From positions 93,062,001 through 93,126,000 of the forward strand of contig OX597820.1 of NCBI GenBank assembly GCA_951406725.2: 64,000 nucleotides of DNA. The letters are read 5' to 3'. The first letter of the stretch is position 1. Each line of letters starts with the position of its first letter. The stretch comes from Octopus vulgaris. Lineage: Eukaryota. Below are positions 52,043-64,000 of the stretch, piece by piece. The notes under the pieces are model-generated. The model worked only from the letters and a program-made list of their open reading frames with translations. It had not been told where the DNA came from and did no database searches. The translations under genes were made by a program, and so were the position numbers.

Positions 52043-52198
52043 TTCTCCGGTCATATCACATTGGAAACACCGGGTTCTCATCTGATCACCGAGTGAAGCA
52101 ATGTCGAGCCTAGTTACTATTTAGACGGGTGACCGCTTTGAAAACCCAGCATAACCGCAGTCTAATGACTGAAGTATGTAAAACTAAAATATAAAAGA
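52043..52198 (+). mobile_element. 5S rRNA-derived retroposed copy (SINE3-like) with family-A SINE tail
   Basis: ttctccggtcatatcacattggaaacaccgggttctcatctgatcaccgagtgaagcaatgtcgagcctagttactatttagacgggtgaccgc aligns to about nt 1-95 of mollusc 5S rRNA (recall). It then continues ccagcataaccgcagtctaatgactgaa..taaaa. Confidence 0.8.
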
Positions 52199-53669
52199 TT
52201 CGACATTCACCACAGATAGTTCATTCACAAAACAGAATCAAATAAGACAAAAATTAGTAATCAATGTGACGGAACAGAATTTGAAATTATATGCTGTAAA
52301 CTACATCAACTGAAACAAGAACTTACAGTTGATGTAATGTTCGCTAAAAATAAACCATGAATCAACGAAAACAGTTCAAGTTCTGTAAGCGACAGAAAAA
52401 TTATATGAAAGTTTGTGAAATAAAGAAAGAAACTATATGAATGTAAGAGCTGAAGCAAGGTTGCAATAAACATGTCGAATAAAGTAATAAAATGACAGTG
52501 AGAAAGGTCCTTAAAGAAAGTGCCATACAAAACATCCTAGAGCATATTTTTTTATAACGAAATATTAACTCAAAATCTCACATTTTTAAGTCCTTTTTCA
52601 CACTGCATACAATGGGTAGTACAAACTAGCAGTCAGCTTCACTTACTCTTCCCATTCAAAAGAATAGCCAAGTTACTGTCTGAGCATCGTTTATAAGATA
52701 CACACTGAGGACCACAAGGTCTGTAATACATGAGCAATTTGTAACACCAGAGCAATACTGTAACACATGAGCAAAGTAGGAGTGGAAGAAAAGAAGAATG
52801 GTTGCGTGTACAGAATGCTGTGTGATACTATAAATGATTCAGGAACAGTAAAGAACAGCAGAAACGTTGTGACTGTAGTGTGGTCAGAGTAGCAGAGAGC
52901 TTTCGATAATGTATCACACAGGCTGATTATCACTGAATCGCAGTTAGCCAGAGTCACACAACTAATAATATCTACTATTCATAACCTAATGACGACACCT
53001 TACTTCCGAGAGGTGAGAACAGACAAATTAAATCTAATGTAATACATTAGCAAACAAAGACATCTTGTAATGCGATAGCTTGTCAGTGTCGCTATTTGTT
53101 TTCTCGTTAATATAGAAACATGATATTTGTAGAAATCGATATTCTCAATCTAGAAACATCCCTCGCCTTTACTTTGTGGATTTTTTTCAAGTTGTATATG
53201 AGTTGCGTATTAACCATGAAAATAAATAAATGGATCTCATTATCCAATATTTCACAGACACTGAAACGAAGTTTACCAGTCCAAATGTGTACGTTGGGTG
53301 ATAAGATGAAGAAAAAATTTGTTCTGCAAAGAAAACCTAAAGTTGAACGGGCATAAAAAAGATATTCGGCTAAATGAGAACTACAAATATCTTGAGCAAA
53401 ATGAGAATTTCAAATACGATGGACCCGTTTGAAAGAAGTAAAGAAATGACTACCTCATGAGAATAAGGAAAATATGATCTTCAGGTCTGCACAAGAATCA
53501 CTCTCTCAAAATCGTAGTAGTTCTTATAATTTTGTCTTTTGAAATGGTTGCACAAAAAGTTAATGTAGGAAATCATCAAATCACAATCTGACACTTCAAT
53601 TAAGGAAAGAACATTTAAGACGATGTAGTTCTACTTTGCCTTCTAAAGACGGGATGATCACAACAAGAA

Positions 53670-54752
53670 CGTCTTTCATCATAGCCTGAAAGATATTTCA
53701 TCATCCACGGAGCAAGAACGGCTCAGTGTGCTGCCCAGGTAGACAAACTTGTTCACGACTTTCAGAATTGTTCCTTCAACCAAGATAGCTGGTTTCACAT
53801 ATGGACTTCCTGGTGCAGGGTCGAACATTACAACAGTCTTCTCCAGACTAATTCTGAGTCCAAATGCCTTGCAAAAAGCAGAAATACGATTCATATGTAT
53901 TTGCATGTCATCCACTGTAGAGTGACTAAGTCACAGTCATCTGCATAAAGGAGGTCACAAATAAGAGACAGGAAAACTTTTGAATTGGCAGCAAATCGGC
54001 GCAGATTAAAGAGGCGGCCAGAAGATCGATACCTGACATATATTTCCAGAGAACTAACCTTAGTAAAAGCATGAGTAAAAGCAGCAGCAAAGTACAAAGA
54101 AACGAGAGTTGAGGCAAGGATGTCAACCTTCTTGGCACCATTCTCTATAGGAATGAGTCCCACTATGCCACCACCAACATTGATCCAAGCCTCCATCCCA
54201 TCATGAAATGATTTAAGTATAGATACAAAGTGGTCCGGACATCCAAGTTTTGCGAGTATTTTCCATAGCAAGTCTCTCTTCACAGTATCAAAGGCCTTGG
54301 TTAAAAAATGAATACCTGGACGTGATCCATATTCTGCTCATAGCACTTCTCCTGCAACTGTCTTGCTGTAAAAACCATATCCATTGTCCCGCTACCAGAT
54401 CGGAAGCCATATTGCGATTCAGATAGGATATCATTTACGAGATACCCATTCAGGCTAGTAAGAAGATTTGCTAGCAGCTGATAGTAAAGCAATACTTCTA
54501 TATTTACCACACATTGTTCTGGCTCCTTTTTCTTTATAGAGAGGGAGAATAATTGCATCCTTCCAGTTTTTAGGCATTGCACCATCCCTTCTGACTGCAC
54601 TAATAAGTTCCTGCTGGGTTGCTAACAATCCTCCTCACCAGGATAGCTTGATGGGAGTGCCAGTTTAGTCACCGACAACCCGACCATGCAGCAGGTTGTA
54701 CTGGATTCCATGTTACCAGTAGCACTTATAAGAGCTTCATAAGTGGCCTGGT
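53670..54752 (-). mobile_element. RTE-clade (BovB-like) LINE: 5' leader joined to RT domain, decayed
   Basis: WKDAII, YRSIALL, ESQYGFRSGSGTMDMVFTARQLQEKC, LTKAFDTV, GRLFNLRR, LLYADDC, FGLRISLEKTVVM, FVYLGSTLS; APE domain absent. Confidence 0.93.
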
Positions 54753-54772
54753 GTATATATGAAACACAAATG

Positions 54773-54989
54773 CAGTAATCCCTCGACTATTGCGGGTGTT
54801 ACGTTCCAAAAACTACCCGCAATACATGAAAATCCGCGAAGTAGAAATAGTACTGAACTGTATATTTTTTTAGGTTTTTATAATTTGTATATATTTATTT
54901 TATTAAATGCGAAACAACACCCGATGAATCTAGGTAAACTTAAATAATAAACCGAGAGAGTTGAACCGCGATATGGCGAGGGATTAATA
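54773..54989. mobile_element. pogo/Tigger-like MITE
   Basis: Imperfect TIRs cagtaatccctcgactattgcgg / ccgcgatatggcgagggattaata, no ORF. Confidence 0.7.
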
Positions 54990-55036
54990 TATACTATGTA
55001 TATCTATACATATATATATATATACACACACACATG

Positions 55037-55103
<67 letters not shown>

Positions 55104-55126
55104 TTTATATATACATTTATATATTC

Positions 55127-55163
<37 letters not shown>

Positions 55164-55392
55164 TATATATGTATGTACGTATGTATGTATATGTGTTTTT
55201 TATGTGTGTGTATGTGCCTGTGCGCGCGCTTTTCATTTACATGGGAAAGGTCGCTGAAATTGTTGTTGTTGACAACTACACGTCAACAACTTCCTGCTTC
55301 GAAGACGTCTAAAATAAATTAACTTTTACATGTAAAAAACGAAAGGAAATGAAGAATATATATGAAGAATATAGATAGATAGATATATATAT

Positions 55393-55475
<83 letters not shown>

Positions 55476-55587
55476 TGTCGTTCATAAATGTTACATGAAC
55501 GATCATGTTTTGAAAAGAAATTTAATATTTTATTTCATATGTACGTGAGTGTGCGCTTGTGTGTGCGTTTGTGCGTGTGTGTGTGTG

Positions 55588-55644
<57 letters not shown>

Positions 55645-56009
55645 CACGTTGTCATTTCGGTCCGCAACAGTCAAGACTGCAATGTAAGTTCGAAACCTAA
55701 TTGGACCACTTCACTTGACCCTCGTTCGTTTTACGATTTTACGATAAAAGTTTTGATAAAAATACCAGCTACTGCAAAGTAAAACCTCCCACTACAGCTC
55801 ACCTGCATTTGGCTCTTCTGATTATCCCTGACTCCCACCACATCTGTTGTTTTAGTTTCCTTCTATCTGCGTGACTGTGGGGTGAAAAACATGGTGTTTT
55901 ATTATATGTAAGACATATTGGTGTATATAACGTTTTATAATGTGTATACAAGCATAGAACGGCTTTAGCTACGGATATTTTGTCTCAAACGTCTCAAAGA
56001 TTGAAATAT

Positions 56010-56400
56010 TTTTATTTCTAAGTCTCTCTAAAGGAGACTACGGCAGCGGTACTGGATATTAACAGTTATCGCCAAGCTAATATGGCAGTCCAGAAATATA
56101 GGACTAAAGCTGCCGTTGATTAGCTCCAAGAGGTCATCGCCTCTAGCCAGCTATATGACACACGGAACTGTGTCCATTATAACCTTCGAACAGGGGAGGT
56201 CAGCTGCTTCCCTTTGCAGGTCAGGCATCTGCAGACATGTTTCAGGGTATTTGCCCTTTATCAATGCGGAGTAGCCAAACCCAGCAGGCGTCTCAAAGAT
56301 TAGTCTTTTAAGCGACGAAACACCCCGGACGTTTTGAACCAATACAAAAATGCTTATTCCGATATAGAAATCGATAAATAAAACATCTACTGATTTGTGC
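56010..56400 (-). mobile_element. GC-richer structured repeat with degenerate hammerhead, PLE-terminal-like
   Basis: Minus 56270-56228: gca TTGATAA aggg caaata ccct GAAA catg TC tgc. A nested hairpin at 56074-56125 and AATAAA lie downstream on the minus strand. Confidence 0.55.
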
Positions 56401-56831
56401 AAAAGCAAACAAGGCAAGAATTAAATTATATAAGCACTTGAAACAGCTTAAGATCAAAATACCGGTGCGTATAACTCATAAGTTTCTTTGAGATGTTTTT
56501 CTGATACAATACAAAATAGTACAGTCAGCCAGTAATGTTCCACGTTTGTATACACGTCATAAATGTTATACATACCGATAGTTTAATCTATGATTGTTTC
56601 AAGAGAGTATATTAATTTAATTCTACCCTGGACGGGTGTGTGTGTGTTCGTGCATGTGTGTATGTGATCTGTGCGGTGTGTAAGCAATTGAGTACATACG
56701 TGTGTGTGTGTTTGCATACAACGCACATATATTTATTTATATATTATATTTTATGATGTGTATATTTTATTATATGTTTATATTATATTAAATTATATAT
56801 TATATTGTGTGTATTTGTGTGAGTGTGTGTT

Positions 56832-56869
<38 letters not shown>

Positions 56870-57744
56870 TATACACACACACGCACATACACATAAACAC
56901 ATACATGAGTATGTATACACACACATATATGAAAAATTGTTCGTCAGGATTTATAGATTCCAACATGATTCAACATCCTCATCATCGCCATCATCAACAC
57001 CATCTCCTTTTCTTTCGTTACTACAACTACAACTACTATTTCTTCTTTGTTCTTTTATCCTTTGACTTTCGTGTCAGCCTCTTCATCATCAGATTACGAT
57101 TTTCTCTTTTTCGTTCCACTTCTTTTCTTCTACTATATCATATTCTTCTATCTTCTCGTCTTCACTTTAGATTATATTTATCCTCATTTTACTTGTTTCT
57201 TCGTCTTTTGCTCCTCTCCATAGTCCTTTTAATTTTCCCTTCCCTTCTTCTCCTCCCTTTTCGCTAATCTCTTCATATTTTCTTGGTCCAGAGGCAAAGA
57301 TGAACCTAGTCGACTACCCTGTCGCTAATCTCACATAATTAAAATCAGTTGCACAAAGTTACAAAACAAAAACATCTCGTTAACGACACATTGCTGCGAC
57401 CGCTTTCAGAGGTGAACTTCACCAAATCAAAACATGACATCTACTTACCTGAAGAGAATGGTGCAGATAGTTACATAACCCGATAGGGCATTCACAACAT
57501 CATCCCTCTGCCTGCTAGAAATAACAGCCAAATCTGTCTTTAAAAACAAATTTAATACTGACATGTTTAACACGCAAGTTACTTTGAGATGTTTTTCTGA
57601 GGAAAATGATTAGAGTTAGGTCTCTCTTGACAATGTAATCCCTGATGAAAGGTGAAATGATGAAATAATCACGTCTGGAACGCTTCTATACCTAACTGTG
57701 TTCGATTTGGACAAACCTGCGGTTTAGCAACTAAATCATCGATA

Positions 57745-58255
57745 TTTTTCTTTTCAGTTATTGCCATGATGTAGCACCGCCTTGACGAGTTTAGTCGAGG
57801 AAATCGACTCCAGTACTGGTTTTAAACTTGAAACTTATACTATCGTTCACTTTTATGCCGAACAGCTAAGTCACGGGGATATAAGCAAACCAACACCATT
57901 TGTCAAGCCGTGGTAGGGACAACACAAACACGCACATACATACATACATACATACATACATACATACATACATACATACATACATACATACATACATACA
58001 TACATACATGCATAATGCATAAAGGAGAATCTGGATAAAGTGGAATTATCAGAAAGAGAAACTGACCGGCTGATTCGTACATTACAAGTCCAATTTGTGA
58101 GTGGAACAGTAAAAATATGCAAGACTTTTGTCAAGTTCCAAATGTGAATTTGTCTGTGTTAACTACATCCCAAAGATGGAGCCTTGTATTTTTGTTGGAA
58201 ACTGGCTCCCTCCTCAGTGGTATATTTATAACAACTAAAAAATAGAACACACACT

Positions 58256-58287
<32 letters not shown>

Positions 58288-58525
58288 CATGCACATATGC
58301 TTGTTTGTGTGTGTGCGAATGTGTGTGTGCGAATGTGTGTGTGCGTGTGTGTGTGTGTTTATATGTGCGTGTGTTTGCGTTTGTGTGTGTGTGTGTGTAT
58401 GTGTGTGTACACCACGGGCTTCTTTAATATCACATTTCCACTCACAAGGCTTTAGCTGTTCCAGAGCCATAGTAGAAGACATTGGTCCAAGATGCTACGC
58501 AGTGGGTTGGGAAGCAAGCTTGGAC
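57745..58525 (-). mobile_element. Family-A SINE split by a LINE fragment
   Basis: Tail half about 57745-57930 and head half about 58410-58525, both minus, flank the microsatellite and LINE piece. Confidence 0.65.
58015..58246 (+). mobile_element. Non-LTR retrotransposon extreme 3' end (RLE-type, R4/Dong-like)
   Basis: KENLDKVELSERETDRLIRTLQVQFVSGTVKICKTFVKFQM* (stop 58145-58147), about 100 nt of UTR, then (CA)n. Confidence 0.5.
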
Positions 58526-59149
58526 ACTGGCCCGAGCAAGCTTGGACACTGGTTCAAGATGCCTTGCAGCCATGTCAGCGCTTATAACCTAATTACTGTA
58601 AAAAAATAACCCTTGTGGAACCAGTCATAATTAATAATTTCGTTCATAGAACAAAGTAGCGCGATTTAATATAATATAATTAGTTTTGAAATGATGTATC
58701 ATATCTTTTGGCGTCATATGATGTCTTACCATCGTCCAATAAGTAGTCTAGTGGTTCTGATCAAGTGAGAGTTGAAAGTCTTAACCAGCGAGGCATAACA
58801 TTTCATTGTGGATCGTACATGAACCGACAACTTTTCTTTTTTAATTTTTGTTTTGTTATTGTTGGGGGCTTTTTTCCGTTACATCCTGTATTATGTGTCA
58901 TGGTTGCTCTTGTTTTGGCTTTGATTTTAGTTCAACTCTAACGAAGTCCAGATTAAGCCGGCCTGTCATCATAAGCATCCCGACCGTAATTAACACAATT
59001 TTTAGACATATGCAGAATTACATTCTCCAATGTGTCCTTCCGCTTCTTGTTTGTTTTTTTAAGCGTTAGTTGAATTTGGCACCTCGTTTAACGGGTAGAG
59101 AGTGACCTGGTAGAGTCTTCCTCGGGGATTCATAAGTTCATAAGGTTAC

Positions 59150-59650
59150 ATCATCAGATCATGTCTAGATTCTTTTGTTTTGGCTGGTGTACCAGCTGCC
59201 TTGTTGGTTCATGAGAAAATCTCCCTTTGGTCTTATGTAGAACTCCGTGTTGACTCATGTAAAGATTTCACAAGTGGCTCATGCACGATTTCCTTAGTTG
59301 ACTCAAGCAGTTCTACTTGTAGTCTCATAGCTCCTCCTTTGACTCACGTGGAAGATCCCTTGATGGCTCTTATATAGACCGTCGTACGGCTTATCTAGAG
59401 AGTCCCTTGTTTCATTCAGTAACTGTTTTATTGGCTCATACAGTAATTGCTTTGTTGAATCATGTGGAGATGTCTTTTTACTCCATCTAAAAACTTCTTA
59501 GGTGGATCATGTAGGGAGACTCGCCAGTTGATACATATAGATATTTTTTGTTGCACAATGTAGGGATGGTTATATTGGCTCGCACAGAGACTGCCGAATT
59601 GATTCATTTAGAAACCTTTTGTTGCCTCATGAAGAGGCTACCTTGCTGTG
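59150..59650. repeat. Highly diverged ~24-bp tandem array (about 19-21 units)
   Basis: Recurrent ttgRcTCAtRYaga motif at modal spacing 24 (range 19-26). Confidence 0.7.
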
Positions 59651-60911
59651 TAACCTATATTGACACTGTTTCGTTGATATGTATAGATTTCCTTCTTCAG
59701 TATTATTAGCATTGATCAGCCCCCAAACAACCGAGTGACATTTAATCGGGTCCGAACCATATACATCCTAGTTCCATTCTGGCCATAAAATAAAACAAAA
59801 ACCTGTGTGTTTCATCGATGAATTAATAAATGTTATTATCCTGACACAAATGTGACACAAATGAATTCAAAGATCAAAGCTTCGATATGACAAAGAATCC
59901 GACAACTAAACCTTTGATGTATTTTGAAAGTTGAAAATATCTCGCTGTTAGGATTTTTCTACAAAAACACAATAAAAATTTTCTTTTCTATGAGTGTATC
60001 GTTATAGTTATTTTTTAATAGTTCATTACTTTTTATTCTTTTACATGCTTAAGTCACTGGACTGCAGCCATTCTAGTGCGTTGCATATTTCAAGTTTGGT
60101 ACGTATTTGTCGAACCGCTATATTACGGAATGTAAAGAGCCCAAACAAACATAAATGTCATAGATTTTTTTCCAACATAGTTCTTGGCTTTTTTATTATT
60201 GTTCATGTCATCCCCACCGCCTCAATAAATAGGAGAGACGTCAGTCAGACTTTAATGTAAGCTATATTGCATGTAACTTCATCATATATATCTCTTAACA
60301 TCGACAATTTCCAGTATGAATGAATGATAACATAAGTAAATAAAATCGTTCATGAATGGTGACTAATGAGAAACAGGACACGGTTTCTCGGCTATATGTA
60401 TTTGTTAGAACTAATTTTAATTGCAAACTACAACAGCCTAACTGATATGTGTGTGTATCTGTGTACCTGTGTGTTTATCTCTGTGTGTGCTTGTGTGTCA
60501 GTATATAAATATATATAGATATAGAGATATATATATAGATATAGATATATGGATGCATGCATGCACATATAGATACAGTCATATACGCACGTACAGGAAT
60601 TAAATGATAAACATCAGTTGTGAAATAGTTGATTGATCAACACACACACACATACACACATACAGGCACAGAAACAGACACATATAACATACACATACAC
60701 ATGCAAGCGTACATATACACTGGTGCATAGAATAGAGCACGGGCGCGTGTGTAAAAATTCATGCGCTAGCATCCGCTCATGCAGCCTGTACACGTGAATG
60801 AAAACACACTTACAGCCAATAAAATTCGTACACAAACACACACTTACATAGACATAGAGACATCTAAATTTACAAATATATGTTTGTGTATGCATATACA
60901 TATATATAAAT

Positions 60912-60953
<42 letters not shown>

Positions 60954-61145
60954 TCACACACACACACACACAATGTAAAACATCTCTTTAACTCGTATGT
61001 GTCCAACTAACTATTGTACACATACATTACCCTACTTAGTATACATATGCATATATATTTGTATGTGTGTATATAACTATTTATGCACACGCACATACCA
61101 TTTACCTACCTGAAACATATATGCACATGTAATCAGACGAATATT

Positions 61146-61180
<35 letters not shown>

Positions 61181-61236
61181 ACACACACACAAACGCGCGC
61201 GCACACACACGCACACACATATGTATATATATATAT

Positions 61237-61302
<66 letters not shown>

Positions 61303-61322
61303 GTAGATAGATAGATAGATAG

Positions 61323-61425
<103 letters not shown>

Positions 61426-62869
61426 TATATCTTTATGCGCACACAAACGGACATGCATTCATGCCCTAATTCACCAGTTGGTGTGTTATACTGTAATTTT
61501 TTGCGTATATCTTTTGCCAGTCTGAATGAGTGTATATATGCGTACATATATGTGTGTATATATCGAAAGCATGAGGAACAAATGTGTCTAATGTGTGATT
61601 TGAACACTGGACATAGAAACAAAAAACAAAAAGAAGCATATAACACGTTAGGCGTTTAGTCAGGGTGTCCAATAATGCGGTCATTTGCGATAAGATATAA
61701 AAATATAACATAGCCATATAATCAATGACAATAATTCAACACTGCTGTTTACAACGTTATATTATCAATAGAACTTACCTCATATATAATTTATCAATAC
61801 ATTTATCGAGAGTAATTTGTTAAAACCGGAACCCGAACAGAGAACATACCCTCCCCATGTAAAACAGTGCTTTGTTGTAAAAACAGTGCTTTTGTTGAGT
61901 TAATTAGTCCTTTAGAAAAATGACCGTATGATTTATCTTTTCTTACAAAACCTCTTCGTTTTTGTTGAGAACTCGTGTTCCAAGATTGATGCTAAAACGG
62001 TTCCCAAATGAAAACCATGAATAGAATCAGTGACGTGTTATAGAAGAGTTCTATGATATATTGGTTCCCGCTTACCAGAATAACAGATTATCTTCGATTG
62101 CAAGTCTCACTTTCTCCTCATTATTGCTGATCGAAACGCAGTGTTAACTTTCTAACATATTACAATCTCGATTTTAACGTAGCATGTTAGCAGTTGTCTC
62201 TCTTCTCAGCTCATACGGGAGAAATATTTCAGATTTTCTCATCAATGAACTCATTCTTTTATGCCAATGAAAAGAGAGAAAAAGAAATAGCTTGTCAGAT
62301 ATATAAGCCAATTTTTCCACCCATTTTTTTTTTATCTACTCGGGCATTTTTCAGGTTGATTCTCTGAGCTGTTTGTATGCAAAATAATGATAAATTAGCA
62401 AACACTGTACAATCCATGCTACCCCCATCTGCTCAAACCAATGAAGTGTACTTCGCCATGTTCCTTCTAGAAGGGGTAGTAAAATAAATATGTTATTAAG
62501 TCTGGACCTTGGAATTAGAATCCATAATTTGAGGCAGAGGCGAGATTTGTAAAACTGACGTGTTACCAAAAATTGCTAGTTATGCCGAGAAGGTCGAATT
62601 TAAAGCAATGTTTGTTAAAATTAGTGGTAAGGGTTGGCTTGTGGGCTGTAGAAAGAAGTGAGTTTTGATGCTTCCACGAAAAAATAAAATCATTTATTCA
62701 AATAAGAGGTCTTTTCCGTTAGTCATAACTCATGTTATACGATCTTATACATAGATTTTTATGAAGAATCTTTTTTAAAAACTTATTGTCGTGTGTGATA
62801 TCCAGTATTCCAAGTATTAATCCGGCATACTCCAATTTCGTCTACTTTCTCTTTCTCGAATAATCAAAA

Positions 62870-63197
62870 TTTGGCTGCCCAGGCCAGGAGAGGAATCTTC
62901 AGTTAAATTTCGTTCTTGGTGTCCTTCAATTATTCAGGCATCTTTCTAGTCTCTGATAAGTCATCTAACACACAAAAGAGGCAGCCGTTCAAGAATTTGG
63001 ACCTGGAGATCTCCCTTTCCAGCGACCTCGAGGGCCACCTCCCAGTGGTGTCGGGCGTCAACGAAGAGCCCTCGACTACAACAAGACGACCAAAGTTGTT
63101 TTTTTTCCAAGGTCTGGAGTCTCCCGCCCCTAAGCCCTAGACCATCACCTATTCACCCTTACCCGTCTGGTTGCTTAACAACAACAACAACAACAAA
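62870..63197 (+). mobile_element. Short GC-richer element ending in (AAC)n, containing a candidate HDV-like ribozyme
   Basis: GC island in AT-rich context with an (AAC)6 tail; P2/P3/L3/J4-2-like motifs at 63019-63075. The 5' boundary is uncertain. Confidence 0.4.
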
Positions 63198-63254
63198 AGA
63201 GGCTCTATTACACAATTGTTGATGTTGTTGCTTATGAAGTTTTAGATTATAAGA

Positions 63255-63446
63255 TGGTTGTGGTGGTGGTGGTGGTGGTGGTGGTGGTGGTGGTACTGCT
63301 GCTGTTGCAGCTTCTAGCAATGGTGCTGCTGGTGCTGCTGTTGGTGGTGGTGGCGATGGCGGCGATGGCGGCGATGGCGGCGATGGCGGCGGTGGCTGCG
63401 GTGGCGGCGGTGGTGGTGGTGATGGTGGTGGTGGTCGTCGTCGTCG
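63255..63446. repeat. Compound trinucleotide repeat (GGT/GCT/GGC-GAT)
   Basis: (GGT)n, (GCT)n, (GGCGATGGC)n and (GTC)n tracts. Confidence 0.9.
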
Positions 63447-63828
63447 TATAGATGATATAATACCAGTAAAAGCAGGAAAGTGAAGTAAATGCTATACAGC
63501 GTTTAGTTTTGTTCCTTAACGATTCAGATCAAATGCTATTCAGTCAAATTGTTCTTTTCATATCTCCATATTCAATAACATAATTATGGGTAATATACTT
63601 GGGTCGATTCAATCGACTATACAGCATCCCTAATAAACATCGACCTCGTTTCTAGTTAAGCAAAATCAATATAGCCTCCGTTAGTTTATATACACACTAG
63701 TTCAGTAGTCATAGTATATGTGTGTGCGTGCGTGTGTGTGTATGTGAGGGAGTGTTTGTTCTGTGTGTGTGAGAGAGAGAGGGTGTGTCTGTTTCAGTGT
63801 GTGCGTGTGTGCGTGTGTGTGTGTGTGA

Positions 63829-63919
<91 letters not shown>

Positions 63920-64000
63920 CACGTTGTCATTTTGGTTAGCAACAGCCAAGACTGCAATGTAAGTTCGAGACCTAATTAGACCACTTTACTTGACCCCCGT

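Noticed and set aside
51692-52096. ORFs 51692-52081(-) and 51884-52096(+) as host exons
   Set aside because: No recognisable domain, they overlap the 5S-derived copy, and no consistent splice structure is evident.
52043-52147. Functional 5S rRNA gene
   Set aside because: Many substitutions, a missing 3' end and oligo-T terminator, and fusion to a SINE tail.
56095-56145. SECIS-like ATGA..AA motif on the minus strand
   Set aside because: No matching GA quartet on the 3' side, and helix II is incomplete.
59200-59650. CRISPR-like repeat-spacer array
   Set aside because: Eukaryotic context, a period of only 24 bp, degenerate repeats and no cas genes.
62000-62860. Possible decayed PLE RT on the minus strand (QMGVAM..FANL after a frameshift), and similar traces at 22300-22900, 37200-37800 and 47400-47750
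   Set aside because: Too eroded to support beyond a single weak motif each.

Overview
AT-rich eukaryotic intergenic or intronic DNA with no host protein-coding exon I can support. Almost all ORF-track entries are microsatellite artefacts. The SINE families, the mollusc-type 5S rRNA copy and the very dense (TA)n/(TACA)n/(GATA)n/(CA)n tracts suggest a cephalopod, probably Octopus (inference from recalled repeats, not a database hit). The window is a transposon graveyard: CR1, RTE and R4/Dong-like LINE fragments, a Ty3/Gypsy fragment with one LTR, several mariner/Tc1-like relics, Helitron pieces, a pogo/Tigger-like MITE, several tRNA-SINE families and many Penelope-like element (PLE) fragments. 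The signal the ORF track misses is RNA structure. There are about a dozen type-I hammerhead ribozyme motifs, several with 68-86 nt structured insertions in stem II. Two ORF-less ~480-nt hammerhead units occur as partial tandems with a fold-back end inside (TA)n, resembling circRNA-templated retrozymes. The same fold-back geometry recurs in a graded series of PLE insertions from 130 bp to 2.1 kb. Also present are a 5S-rRNA-headed retroposon carrying the tail of the dominant tRNA-SINE, a candidate HDV-like ribozyme in a short (AAC)n-tailed element, and a cryptic 24-bp-period ancient array. All coordinates were read by eye; boundaries of decayed elements are approximate.
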